Positions 1 through 7,693 are shown, counted from the stretch's first letter. The stretch is 10,235 nucleotides of DNA from Candidatus Hodarchaeota archaeon (GCA_016839785.1 JAEOTQ010000079.1:1-10235), one strand, 5' to 3'. Made by a program: numbers and translations. Notes: generated from the letters alone by a model not told the origin.

Positions 1-2
1 AA

Positions 3-461
3 GAATTCACCGTGAAGGAGAGTATGCTGAGTAGCATAGATCTACGGCCTTTTAAAGAGTTACCGCTCAGAGATTTGGATCTGAGAGGGAATCATTTACG
101 CACGATCGATTTGACCCCGCTAGAAAAACATCCAGACATTAAAAATATACGATTGGATAGCAATCCATACCAAAAACCGATAGATTTAACCCCGTTGGGG
201 CAATGCGAGCATTTGGAAATGGTGACGCTGTATGCAGGAGAAAATCCACGGTGGACAGCAGAGTATACAATAGACCAGTGGCGAGAGGACATGAGCAAGA
301 TCCCTACAATACAATTACCCCACCCAGAGCAAGTAAACCCTGAATTAAGCATCCAGATCCGAGAAACATACACAGTGGAATATGACGAAGCAGAGTGGAC
401 AGTAGAAGCACGAGGAGGGAAGTGGGTGTATTATCGCCCTAAAATTTTTTTCTCAACCTAG
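3..461 (+). CDS. Leucine-rich repeat protein, C-terminal part (probably truncated at the window edge)
   Basis: The frame is open from position 3 (GAA TTC ACC GTG...), so the GTG at 12 is probably not the true start. Three units begin IDLRPF / IDLTPL / IDLTPL at 23 and 25 aa spacing. The cores are LxxLxLxxNxL-type (LRDLDLRGNHL, IKNIRLDSNPY), followed by a non-repeat C-terminal cap. Confidence 0.8.
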   Translation, partial: EFTVKESMLSSIDLRPFKELPLRDLDLRGNHLRTIDLTPLEKHPDIKNIRLDSNPYQKPIDLTPLGQCEHLEMVTLYAGENPRWTAEYTIDQWREDMSKIPTIQLPHPEQVNPELSIQIRETYTVEYDEAEWTVEARGGKWVYYRPKIFFST

Positions 462-533
462 AATGAAGAAAAACATTTTATCCTTTTCGTTTTATCCCTT
501 ATTCCTGCGATCGAAGCGACTAGATGAACTAGA

Positions 534-1415
534 ATGTCACTGCAATCCTATTTTTTCCTCGGGCGACCTTTGAATTCCTTATTAGCTGGATCAGCAGTTG
601 CAATAGGTGCTTTAGCAGCCCTATCTTCCCCTTTAACAACCACCCAACTATGGTACATTATCTTTGGATGTATTACTACGGGATTCATTTCGGCATATGG
701 GTATGCAATAAATGACATTTTTGATGTTGAAATCGATAGAATTAATGTTCCACATCGTCCGATTCCTTCTGGTTCTGTCAGTTTAACTGGAGCAAAATGG
801 TTTTCAGTTATAACTCTCTCGTTAGGATTATTTTTTGCGTTTTTAATTGACTTTGTTGCGATATTATTAGCGTTGAGTGGAGGTATTCTTCTCTATCTAT
901 ATGCTGCGCACTTTAAGAGATCTGGGTTTCCAGGAAATTTGATTGTGGCTCTATTAGCAGCTATTCCATTCATTTTTGGAGGATTTGTAACAGCGAGCTA
1001 TTCTACCCTTATTTATCCCGCTTCCTTCGCTTTTCTAATGAATTTAGGAAGAGAGCTAATAAAAGATATTGAAGATGTGTATGGAGACAAATTAGAAAAT
1101 GTGCAATCCATCGCATTGCGTTATGGAGTAAAGCCTGCTCGAAACCTTGCATACATTATTCTGTTTACCCTCGTACTAATAATACCTTTTCCGATACTCT
1201 TAAGGTATTATACTAGTATCCCATTCTTTCTTGCCGTGATTCTAATTATTGGATCAATCTTGTATACGGTTCCATTGTCTTTCAACCATCCAGAAGATAT
1301 CATCATTCGTAATACAACGTCAACAAAACGAATCCTCAAGATCTGTATGACTATTGGGGTCGTTGGTTTCATGTCAGAAGGTTTTATTAATCTGATTCGT
1401 TTCACTTTCAATTAA
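534..1415 (+). CDS. Digeranylgeranylglyceryl phosphate (DGGGP) synthase, UbiA prenyltransferase family
   Basis: Multi-pass hydrophobic protein of 293 aa. It has the UbiA motifs RPLN, NDIFDVEIDRINVPHRPIPSG and YAAHFKR..GN. The second acidic motif, GRELIKDIEDVYGD, is typical of DGGGP synthases. Confidence 0.88.
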   Translation: MSLQSYFFLGRPLNSLLAGSAVAIGALAALSSPLTTTQLWYIIFGCITTGFISAYGYAINDIFDVEIDRINVPHRPIPSGSVSLTGAKWFSVITLSLGLFFAFLIDFVAILLALSGGILLYLYAAHFKRSGFPGNLIVALLAAIPFIFGGFVTASYSTLIYPASFAFLMNLGRELIKDIEDVYGDKLENVQSIALRYGVKPARNLAYIILFTLVLIIPFPILLRYYTSIPFFLAVILIIGSILYTVPLSFNHPEDIIIRNTTSTKRILKICMTIGVVGFMSEGFINLIRFTFN

Positions 1416-1429
1416 AAGTCGAATTTAAA

Positions 1430-2140
1430 TCATATTATTGCTTGAATGCTTTCAAGAATGATTGTAAATGGAATCACTATTAATATCGAAGGAGTCATGT
1501 CCCCAACATGGATATCTTTTATTTCTAGTACACGTAAACCTAATCCAAGAATCAATACACCCCCAACAACACTAACCATTCCCTGAACAGATTCACTTAA
1601 TTGGGGGCCAATAATTGCTGAGATGATTGTGATTGCACCCTGATAGACAAACACTGGAATAACACTGAAAATCACACCAATACCCATTGATGCTGATAAG
1701 ACGATAGACATAATACCATCTAATCCAGATTTAATCAGTAATAAGTCGATCTCCTGATTGATGCCATCTTTAATCGCTCCAAGAATTGCTAAGGGACCAG
1801 TTTCGAATATGATTGAAGCAACAACAAATCCCTCAACAAAAGTACTTTCTGAGCTTTTAGCTCGACCCTTAAACCATTCTCCCAACTTATCAATATTTGA
1901 TTCGATCTTGAGTAAAATTCCAATTATCCCTCCAAAAACCAAAGAGAATAGTACAACTAGAAATTCCATTTCAGATAGAGGATAAGAAAGAAACATTTGG
2001 ACTCCAATTAGTATTGTTAACAAACCGATACTTCTAATGGTTATTTGTTTCATTTCTTCAGAGAAAATTACTTTTCCAATTGTAACCCCAATTATTGTTC
2101 CAATAATTACGGCCAGACAATTGATAATTGTTCCTAGCAT
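1430..2140 (-). CDS. DUF554 family membrane protein (YqgA/YdfK-like)
   Basis: N-terminus MLGTIINCLAVIIGTIIG; internal FVEGFVVASIIFETGPLAILGAIKDG, KSGLDG, GIGVIFS..PVFVYQG and GGVLILGLGL. This matches the DUF554 pattern as I recall it. Confidence 0.88.
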   Translation of the reverse strand: MLGTIINCLAVIIGTIIGVTIGKVIFSEEMKQITIRSIGLLTILIGVQMFLSYPLSEMEFLVVLFSLVFGGIIGILLKIESNIDKLGEWFKGRAKSSESTFVEGFVVASIIFETGPLAILGAIKDGINQEIDLLLIKSGLDGIMSIVLSASMGIGVIFSVIPVFVYQGAITIISAIIGPQLSESVQGMVSVVGGVLILGLGLRVLEIKDIHVGDMTPSILIVIPFTIILESIQAII

Positions 2141-2195
2141 TATTTACACTCTTTTTTTTCTTCAATTTTATTGTGAATACGATATCTAGATTTAC

Positions 2196-2205
2196 TTTAT
2201 AAAAA
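2196..2205. promoter_or_regulatory. Candidate TATA box in the divergent DUF554 / eS25 intergenic region
   Basis: TTTATAAAAA contains the palindromic TTTATAAA, which reads as an archaeal TATA box on either strand. The background is AT-rich, so specificity is weak. Confidence 0.4.
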
Positions 2206-2290
2206 CAATTAGGCAAAACAATCGACGCCTTCATATATCAAAGGAGAAAAGCACAGTACATGTCAAGTAGGCTGATTGGAGCTAATTTAG

Positions 2291-2581
2291 ATGAGCATAT
2301 CTGATAAACGAGTACGTAAAAAACGACGATGGGGTAAAGTCTTCGAGTATACTAGTTATGAACGATCATTACTCGTAGGTGACGAATATAATACTTTGCT
2401 AAAAGATTTAACAAAAGATTATGAAAAACGTAAATCTGTCGTTGTTACTCCTCAGGAAATAGCTGCCCGTAATGATATCCGCGTTTCTGCAGCCAAACAA
2501 TTATTGACAGAACTGGTAGAGAAAAAGATCCTGAAAAAAGCGTTTTCCAATAGACGATTATGTGTCTATGTGAAAGCCTGA
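2291..2581 (+). CDS. rps25e: 30S ribosomal protein eS25 (S25e)
   Basis: Basic 96-aa protein with KRVRKKRRWGK followed by a winged-helix segment, VVTPQEIAARNDIRVSAAKQLLTELVEKKILK...RRLCVY, matching the eS25 pattern. Confidence 0.88.
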   Translation: MSISDKRVRKKRRWGKVFEYTSYERSLLVGDEYNTLLKDLTKDYEKRKSVVVTPQEIAARNDIRVSAAKQLLTELVEKKILKKAFSNRRLCVYVKA

Positions 2582-2595
2582 TAATTTCATTTGAT

Positions 2596-2624
2596 TGTTT
2601 TTTCAAAACGAGTGGATCTCGTTT
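2596..2624 (+). terminator. Oligo-T tract plus 7-bp hairpin downstream of rps25e
   Basis: TTGTTTTTTC shortly after the stop codon, then AAACGAG-TGGAT-CTCGTTT (2606-2624), a perfect 7-bp stem. Confidence 0.45.
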
Positions 2625-2746
2625 AATTCTGCAATTTCTTTGGTGGGAAGGGTTAAAAGAACTACTTTATTTCTTCACCTAATTTCTTCTGAACTAGACT
2701 TATGTCTCCCTAGAATAAATCACTCAGAGCTTGAAGGTGTGATAAA

Positions 2747-3349
2747 TTGGTTTTGATGAAGAATATAGAATTAATGAAGTCTTTACTTCGTACTGGTTGG
2801 GTTCGAGCTGGAGTTCCAAAATGCGATATTGAATCCTTAGCAGATCATTCCTGGGCTGTCAGTGTTTTTACATACTTCTTTTGCTTGGAGGAAAATTCTT
2901 TAAGAATGAACCAAGAGAGTCTACCTCCTCTTAACACAGAAAAAGCGGTTTTACATGCACTATTTCATGATTTTCCTGAATCCGAGTATATGGATATAGA
3001 TAAAAGCATATATAATCTAGCAGATACAAATGAAATTTTCAAATTCTTCCAGACTATTGAGGAGGGAGCTGTAACACGTATCATAAACCAATTAGATACG
3101 GAAATTGGAGCTACATTACTTGAATTATTAGGAGATCATGATACAGCTGAATTCAGAATTGCTAGAGTCGCTGATCATATTGATGTGATGAGTCAGGCTT
3201 CATTGTACTCGGAAAAGAAGTGGATTACTTTAGAACATGCAGAATCTTTTCGAACCTATGCTATCAACCAGCTCGAAGAATATTTGACAGAGTTCTTATT
3301 CTTAAAGCCGTATTTAGAGGGAAAAGGTTTTCTTGGGGAGAAAATCTAG
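2747..3349 (+). CDS. HD-domain phosphohydrolase (YfbR/HDDC2-like 5'-deoxynucleotidase family)
   Basis: Motifs KSLLRTGW, ESLADHSW, ALFHDFPE...DI and ARVADHID give the H...HD...D metal-ligand arrangement. The start is uncertain (TTG at 2747 or ATG at 2756). Confidence 0.88.
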   Translation: MVLMKNIELMKSLLRTGWVRAGVPKCDIESLADHSWAVSVFTYFFCLEENSLRMNQESLPPLNTEKAVLHALFHDFPESEYMDIDKSIYNLADTNEIFKFFQTIEEGAVTRIINQLDTEIGATLLELLGDHDTAEFRIARVADHIDVMSQASLYSEKKWITLEHAESFRTYAINQLEEYLTEFLFLKPYLEGKGFLGEKI

Positions 3350-3362
3350 AAGCTTAGTTTTA

Positions 3363-4361
3363 TTATTCTTGTAACCCAGTATATTCAATTACTTTCTTAA
3401 TAAACTCTACACTAGTCGCCATGAAATTGTCGGACTCGGGTAGCTTAATACCAAGCTTAAAAGCATGCGCTTTTTCAAGTAGTGGATAAAAGGTGGAAAA
3501 TTCAGACTCATTTCCCCAAACTTCAAGGATTTCCTCATGGATATCAGGTTTCACAAGATCCATTGATACAGATTTTACTCCTGCTTTATGACAAGAAAGA
3601 CCAAAGGCAATATCAATTATTGATGCCCCTATCAAATAATCTAATTCGTCTTCAGGTAAATCTTCTTCCTTTGCAGTCTTTATTATTTCATCAATTTGAG
3701 ATATTGCCTCTGCGATCAATAATTTTGCAGACTCTTGAACTTGCTCATCGGAAAATTCTAGCTTACTGAAAAGATTCTCACCAAAGATGAGCTCTCCTTC
3801 TTTTGCATATAGTGCATGGATATGTGTGAAATCAGGACCGAATTTTTCCAACTCAGCGATGTCATCTTCTTTTAATATCATCAGATCAAAAATATGAGCT
3901 ATTTCAGGAGTGACAATTTCTTCTGCAATATTAGATATGGTTTCAATAGCTTTTTCCGAATCTTTGTCTGCAGTAAGAACAATTAAAAAGTTTATATCGC
4001 TTTCCCCGACAATGTGTAATCTCTTTGCATAGGATCCATAGATCATTAAGCTTTTAATATCTTTTTTCAATTCAGGAGATTCTAACAATTTTTGAGATAC
4101 TAGTCTCACTAACATTTCGTATTCGCTTGCTTCATCTACTGGGAGACTGGTAGAGCTTTCACTCAGATCTGCTTCTTCCATAGAATTCACCTCGCCGATT
4201 ACTTCTTTGATTAAAGCGACTGAAGATCTCACTTGAGTTTTCATTGCGGGGTTTTCTGCTATTACTTGCTTAAGAACTGATGTTAATGATGCTTCACCTT
4301 GATTAAGACGTACCTGCATAGCATATTCACGAATTAGCTCTCGTAACTCTGATTCTTCCAT
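3363..4361 (-). CDS. Nucleotidyltransferase-fold (Pol beta superfamily) protein with an N-terminal domain resembling the archaeal GluRS N-terminal helical domain and a helical C-terminal domain
   Basis: Residues 102-129, IKSLMIYGSYAKRLHIVGESDINFLIVL, fit hG[S]-x-D-h-[D/N], with a probable third carboxylate in IFDLMIL (D159). Residues about 1-63 follow the archaeal GluRS N-terminal pattern. GGAGGT lies 6 nt upstream of the ATG. Confidence 0.75.
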   Translation of the reverse strand: MEESELRELIREYAMQVRLNQGEASLTSVLKQVIAENPAMKTQVRSSVALIKEVIGEVNSMEEADLSESSTSLPVDEASEYEMLVRLVSQKLLESPELKKDIKSLMIYGSYAKRLHIVGESDINFLIVLTADKDSEKAIETISNIAEEIVTPEIAHIFDLMILKEDDIAELEKFGPDFTHIHALYAKEGELIFGENLFSKLEFSDEQVQESAKLLIAEAISQIDEIIKTAKEEDLPEDELDYLIGASIIDIAFGLSCHKAGVKSVSMDLVKPDIHEEILEVWGNESEFSTFYPLLEKAHAFKLGIKLPESDNFMATSVEFIKKVIEYTGLQE

Positions 4362-4367
4362 GATAAG

Positions 4368-4373
4368 ACCTCC
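4368..4373 (-). promoter_or_regulatory. Shine-Dalgarno-like site for the nucleotidyltransferase gene
   Basis: Plus-strand ACCTCC reads GGAGGT on the minus strand, 6 nt before the ATG at 4361. Confidence 0.6.
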
Positions 4374-4423
4374 ATTGATGAAAAGAGACCCTTTAATTCT
4401 ATTAATTCTCTGATGAATTTAGA

Positions 4424-4432
4424 TTTTATAAA
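4424..4432 (-). promoter_or_regulatory. Candidate TATA box for the nucleotidyltransferase gene
   Basis: The minus strand reads TTTATAAAA about 60 nt upstream of the start, compatible with a short leader that contains the SD site. Confidence 0.45.
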
Positions 4433-4675
4433 GATTCGATTCGTATAGAAATTTAGCAGACTCTATTATTACTCGTATGACTAATACTCTCGCATCATTC
4501 TTAAGCTTATTCAGTTCTACATTGGAAAAATAAGAATGATAAAAGAGGTAAGTTACTACTCTAAAGGCAATGACAGTAAAGACTCAAATAATAAGTTGAT
4601 AAGCAATTGATAAACTGCCTTAGTTGAATTTAACGGATTAAACAATTTCATTTTGACAAAGCGTAGGTATTAGTA

Positions 4676-5419
4676 ATGATCGATGCACATGCACATTTAT
4701 TACCAGATTTCATGAAAAATATTGAAGAATCGATAGAAAATGCGAAGATATCGGGTCTCAAGGCTGTAATAAATAGTGCAATTGAACCACACCAATTTAC
4801 TTTCGCAACCCAGCTTGCTAAAACTCATTCTGATTTCATTTTTACTACCCTGGGATTTGCCCCCCAAAGGATCAAGCATATACAATTTGACGAATCATAC
4901 AAGGCAATCAGTCAGAACACCTCTATAGTTGCAATTGGAGAAGTTGGATTGGACTATCACTGGATTCCTGAATCTCATTGGCGGAGTAAACAGCAAGATA
5001 TCTTTAAACAGTTTATAGAGCTTGCAAATACGCTTGAGAAACCGTTAGTTATCCACTCTCGGAAAGCGGAATCAGATTGTATAGATATTTTGGAACGATT
5101 TGCCAAAGTACCAGTCCTAATGCATTGTTTTGCAGGGAACATGAGTGAAACAACCAGAGTAATAGATTTAGGATGGATGATATCAATCCCAACTGCGGTT
5201 GTTAATCGGAAGAAACATCGTAAAATTGCACGGAAAGCACCTTTAGAGCATATTGTTGTAGAAACGGATTCTCCCTTCCTCAGTCCTATCCCAAGGAAGC
5301 GGAATGAACCAGCTAATGTGAAATATGCAATTGAGGAATTAGCAAAATTGAAACATTCGACTTTCGAAGAGATTGATAGGATTACAACCCGAAATACAGA
5401 AAAATTATTCAATATATAA
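4676..5419 (+). CDS. tatD: TatD family metal-dependent deoxyribonuclease
   Basis: Motifs MIDAHAHL, VAIGEVGLDYH, PLVIHSRKAE, MHCF, VETDSPFL and RNEPANV. Confidence 0.95.
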   Translation: MIDAHAHLLPDFMKNIEESIENAKISGLKAVINSAIEPHQFTFATQLAKTHSDFIFTTLGFAPQRIKHIQFDESYKAISQNTSIVAIGEVGLDYHWIPESHWRSKQQDIFKQFIELANTLEKPLVIHSRKAESDCIDILERFAKVPVLMHCFAGNMSETTRVIDLGWMISIPTAVVNRKKHRKIARKAPLEHIVVETDSPFLSPIPRKRNEPANVKYAIEELAKLKHSTFEEIDRITTRNTEKLFNI

Positions 5420-5443
5420 CATTCCAGAAGTGATACAACACCC

Positions 5444-7072
5444 ATGACGAGTCTTAAATACCGTGAACGCACTATCCAAAAAATGAGTAAGACCAATTAT
5501 GATATTCTCATTATTGGAGGAGGAATAACTGGTGCAGGCATTGCTCGTGATGCAGCTTTAAGAGGTCTTTCAGTTGCATTAGTTGAGAAAGATGATTTTG
5601 GATATGGAACAAGTAGTGGATCATCGAAACTTGTACATGCAGGAATTCGTTATATTGGGCAAAAAGAATTTCGCCTCGTTCGAGAAGCATCAATTGAACG
5701 AAAAAAAATTCTAGAAATGGCTCCCCACATTACTAGACCTTTGAAATTTCTTGTTCCTCTACATTCGGACACAATCTTGACAAAAAATAAACTGAGATTG
5801 GTTGTCTGGCTCTACGATCTTTTGGCAAATTTCCGCAATTATACTTTTCATAGGATACTAGGTCGTGAAAAAGCAAGATCTATACTTCCAAATCCTATTC
5901 GAGAAACAAATTTTCAGGGAGCAGCAGTATATGGTGATGGACAAATGGATGATGCCCGTTTGACACTTGAGGTCATTTTATCAGCAGAAAAAGCAGGAGC
6001 TGATATTCTAAATTATTGTTCAGCTGAAGATTTTCATTTACAAAGTCCAGAGGGTCTAGACACTGTTACGATGCGTGATCTAAATACTAAACATGTGTTT
6101 ACAATTCAAACAAACGCTCTAGTATTAGCATGTGGTCATTGGAGTGACAAAATTATACAACAAATCGACCCATCTATCCCCTCTCGTGTTCGACCTACAA
6201 AAGGAGTTCATCTAATAACAAAAAAATTCTACAATCTGGATTATGCTGTTGTCATTCCTGTTGAAGATGGAAGAATTATATTTGTTGTTCCTTTCGGTGA
6301 AAATCTGTTAGTTGGGACAACAGACACGGATTATTCAGATGATTATGATTTTATTCCAGTAACAAAAGAAGATGTAATTTATTTAATTGATGCTGTGAAC
6401 TATCTATTTCCTGGAGCTCTCACGGAGCAGGATGTCATCAGTGCGTACTCAGGTTTACGACCCTTAATTCTTTCTGATACGGTGAAGTCTGAATCTGATG
6501 TTTCACGACAGCATGAGATCCGTATGGTTAGACCAAATACTTTTGCTATTACAGGTGGGAAATATACAACATATCGTGCAATGGCAAAAGAAATGGTGGA
6601 TAAAATAATAAAACTCCTTGGTACTAAAATAAAGTCGTCTACAGATAAGGTTCCATTAAACGGATGGGTTTCAACAAAGCGGCGGGGTTGGGATGCTTGG
6701 TCAAGAATCGCATGTGAGAATATGGTGATACGCTATAAATTATCGGATCACGTTGCTCAACATTTATTGAGATACGGAGATAACTATTTAAAATTGCTAG
6801 ATGAAGCAAAAGAAGACCCTCAATTGATGAAACTCGTTTCAAACAATCGATCGTACATCTTCGGAGAAATTAATTACTTTATTAAGCATGAGAAGGCGAT
6901 TACCCTGCGAGATGTTCTATTTCGACGAACACAGATTCAGCTCTCTTTCGAGCAAGGCCTTGATTGCATTGAAGCAATTGCAAAGCACATGGGAAAAAAT
7001 ATGGGATGGTCTCAAGAAGAGATCGAGAATGAAATTAGTAAATACAAGAAAGCACTAGTATGGAACCCGTAA
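5444..7072 (+). CDS. glpD: FAD-dependent glycerol-3-phosphate dehydrogenase/oxidase (GlpD type)
   Basis: Motifs YDILIIGGGITGAGIARDAALRGL, GTSSGSSKLVHAGIRY, DGQMDDARL, RPTKGVHL, GTTDT, YSGLRPL, SRQH, GGKYTTYRAMA and a C-terminal DVLFRRT. I see no C-terminal cysteine-rich Fe-S domain. Confidence 0.93.
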   Translation: MTSLKYRERTIQKMSKTNYDILIIGGGITGAGIARDAALRGLSVALVEKDDFGYGTSSGSSKLVHAGIRYIGQKEFRLVREASIERKKILEMAPHITRPLKFLVPLHSDTILTKNKLRLVVWLYDLLANFRNYTFHRILGREKARSILPNPIRETNFQGAAVYGDGQMDDARLTLEVILSAEKAGADILNYCSAEDFHLQSPEGLDTVTMRDLNTKHVFTIQTNALVLACGHWSDKIIQQIDPSIPSRVRPTKGVHLITKKFYNLDYAVVIPVEDGRIIFVVPFGENLLVGTTDTDYSDDYDFIPVTKEDVIYLIDAVNYLFPGALTEQDVISAYSGLRPLILSDTVKSESDVSRQHEIRMVRPNTFAITGGKYTTYRAMAKEMVDKIIKLLGTKIKSSTDKVPLNGWVSTKRRGWDAWSRIACENMVIRYKLSDHVAQHLLRYGDNYLKLLDEAKEDPQLMKLVSNNRSYIFGEINYFIKHEKAITLRDVLFRRTQIQLSFEQGLDCIEAIAKHMGKNMGWSQEEIENEISKYKKALVWNP

Positions 7073-7078
7073 CTTGTT

Positions 7079-7693
7079 TCATCCCTCTTTTGGCGATGAA
7101 AATTTTTCCGCGTAGACTATAAACATCCAGAGTACTTCTCTTGCAGTCAACGGTTCACCCTTTGCCGCTTCAGTGTTTAGTTCATGTATAAGATCATTAT
7201 GGGTCTTAATTACTTCAAGGGTGGTTTTTTTCTCTTGAATTAATCTATTAAGAGATAAAGGTTTACCTTTACCAATTCCAGGACAAGTTTTCTGGGAATT
7301 TTTAGCCCATATAATTTGATTCTTGGATTTACTCTCAAGAAAAGTTATAGGATAATTCTTACATGCCTGTGGGCGGGATTGATAGATTGAGCAATTTGGT
7401 TTAGTGTAAAAGACACAATTTGAAGCTTTTACTTTTCTCAAACTTGGAATTATTTCACCTTCAGAAGTTTGGATAGATGAGAGAACTAATTTCTTTCTTG
7501 ATACAAGATTTACATCGGACTCAATTCGATAAAATGAGATTTTTTTTAATAGGTAGTCAAAATCATTTTCTAATGCTTGATACAGGTTATACATATCAAG
7601 AAATGTTGTGGTAACTATGATTTTTGGATCGCAGCAACAGTGGCCACTCTGTTGACACTTAAATCGAACTTCCTGAAGTTTAGAAGAACTCAA
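7079..7693 (-). CDS. YkgJ family cysteine-cluster (Zn/Fe-S binding) protein
   Basis: Motifs FKCQQSGHCCC, CVFY...CSIYQSRPQACKNYP and CPGIGKG. The TTG start overlaps the upstream TGA stop (TTGA, 7693-7690). Confidence 0.85.
   Translation of the reverse strand: MSSSKLQEVRFKCQQSGHCCCDPKIIVTTTFLDMYNLYQALENDFDYLLKKISFYRIESDVNLVSRKKLVLSSIQTSEGEIIPSLRKVKASNCVFYTKPNCSIYQSRPQACKNYPITFLESKSKNQIIWAKNSQKTCPGIGKGKPLSLNRLIQEKKTTLEVIKTHNDLIHELNTEAAKGEPLTAREVLWMFIVYAEKFSSPKEG

Noticed and set aside
92-373. 93-aa minus-strand ORF
   Set aside because: Antisense shadow of the LRR gene with no recognisable motif.
477-499. Direct repeat TTTTATCC twice upstream of the DGGGP synthase gene
   Set aside because: An 8-bp low-complexity pyrimidine repeat. 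It is more simply part of the LRR terminator or promoter region than a target-site duplication.
1208-1411. 67-aa minus-strand ORF
   Set aside because: Lies entirely antisense within the DGGGP synthase gene.
1758-1985. 75-aa plus-strand ORF
   Set aside because: Antisense shadow of the DUF554 gene.
2702-2749. In-frame ATG upstream of the HD gene, separated from it by TAG and TGA (possible pyrrolysine or selenocysteine read-through)
   Set aside because: It would need two different stops to be recoded. The HD domain is complete without the extension, and I found no SECIS-like element.
3482-3769. 95-aa plus-strand ORF, considered as a hidden toxin or antitoxin partner of the NTase
   Set aside because: Fully antisense to the NTase gene. 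Its Leu/Gln-rich composition is what an off-frame antisense reading would give, and it has no motif.
3363-4361. Reading this ORF as a glutamyl-tRNA synthetase or its pseudogene, or as a classic MNT-HEPN toxin-antitoxin
   Set aside because: There is no HIGH/KMSK catalytic core, the ORF is intact with a good SD site, and there is no HEPN R-x4-6-H motif or co-oriented partner gene.
4374-4675. Longest intergenic spacer, checked for a tRNA, ncRNA, CRISPR repeats or a small ORF
   Set aside because: AT-rich, with no GC-rich stems, cloverleaf or regular repeats seen by eye. It is adequately explained by divergent promoters.
4700-5693. Minus-strand ORFs 4700-4885, 4975-5496 and 5511-5693
   Set aside because: All are antisense to the well-supported tatD and glpD genes. 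The 173-aa one is explained by codon mirroring of tatD.
6639-6842. 67-aa minus-strand ORF
   Set aside because: Antisense within glpD with no supporting features.
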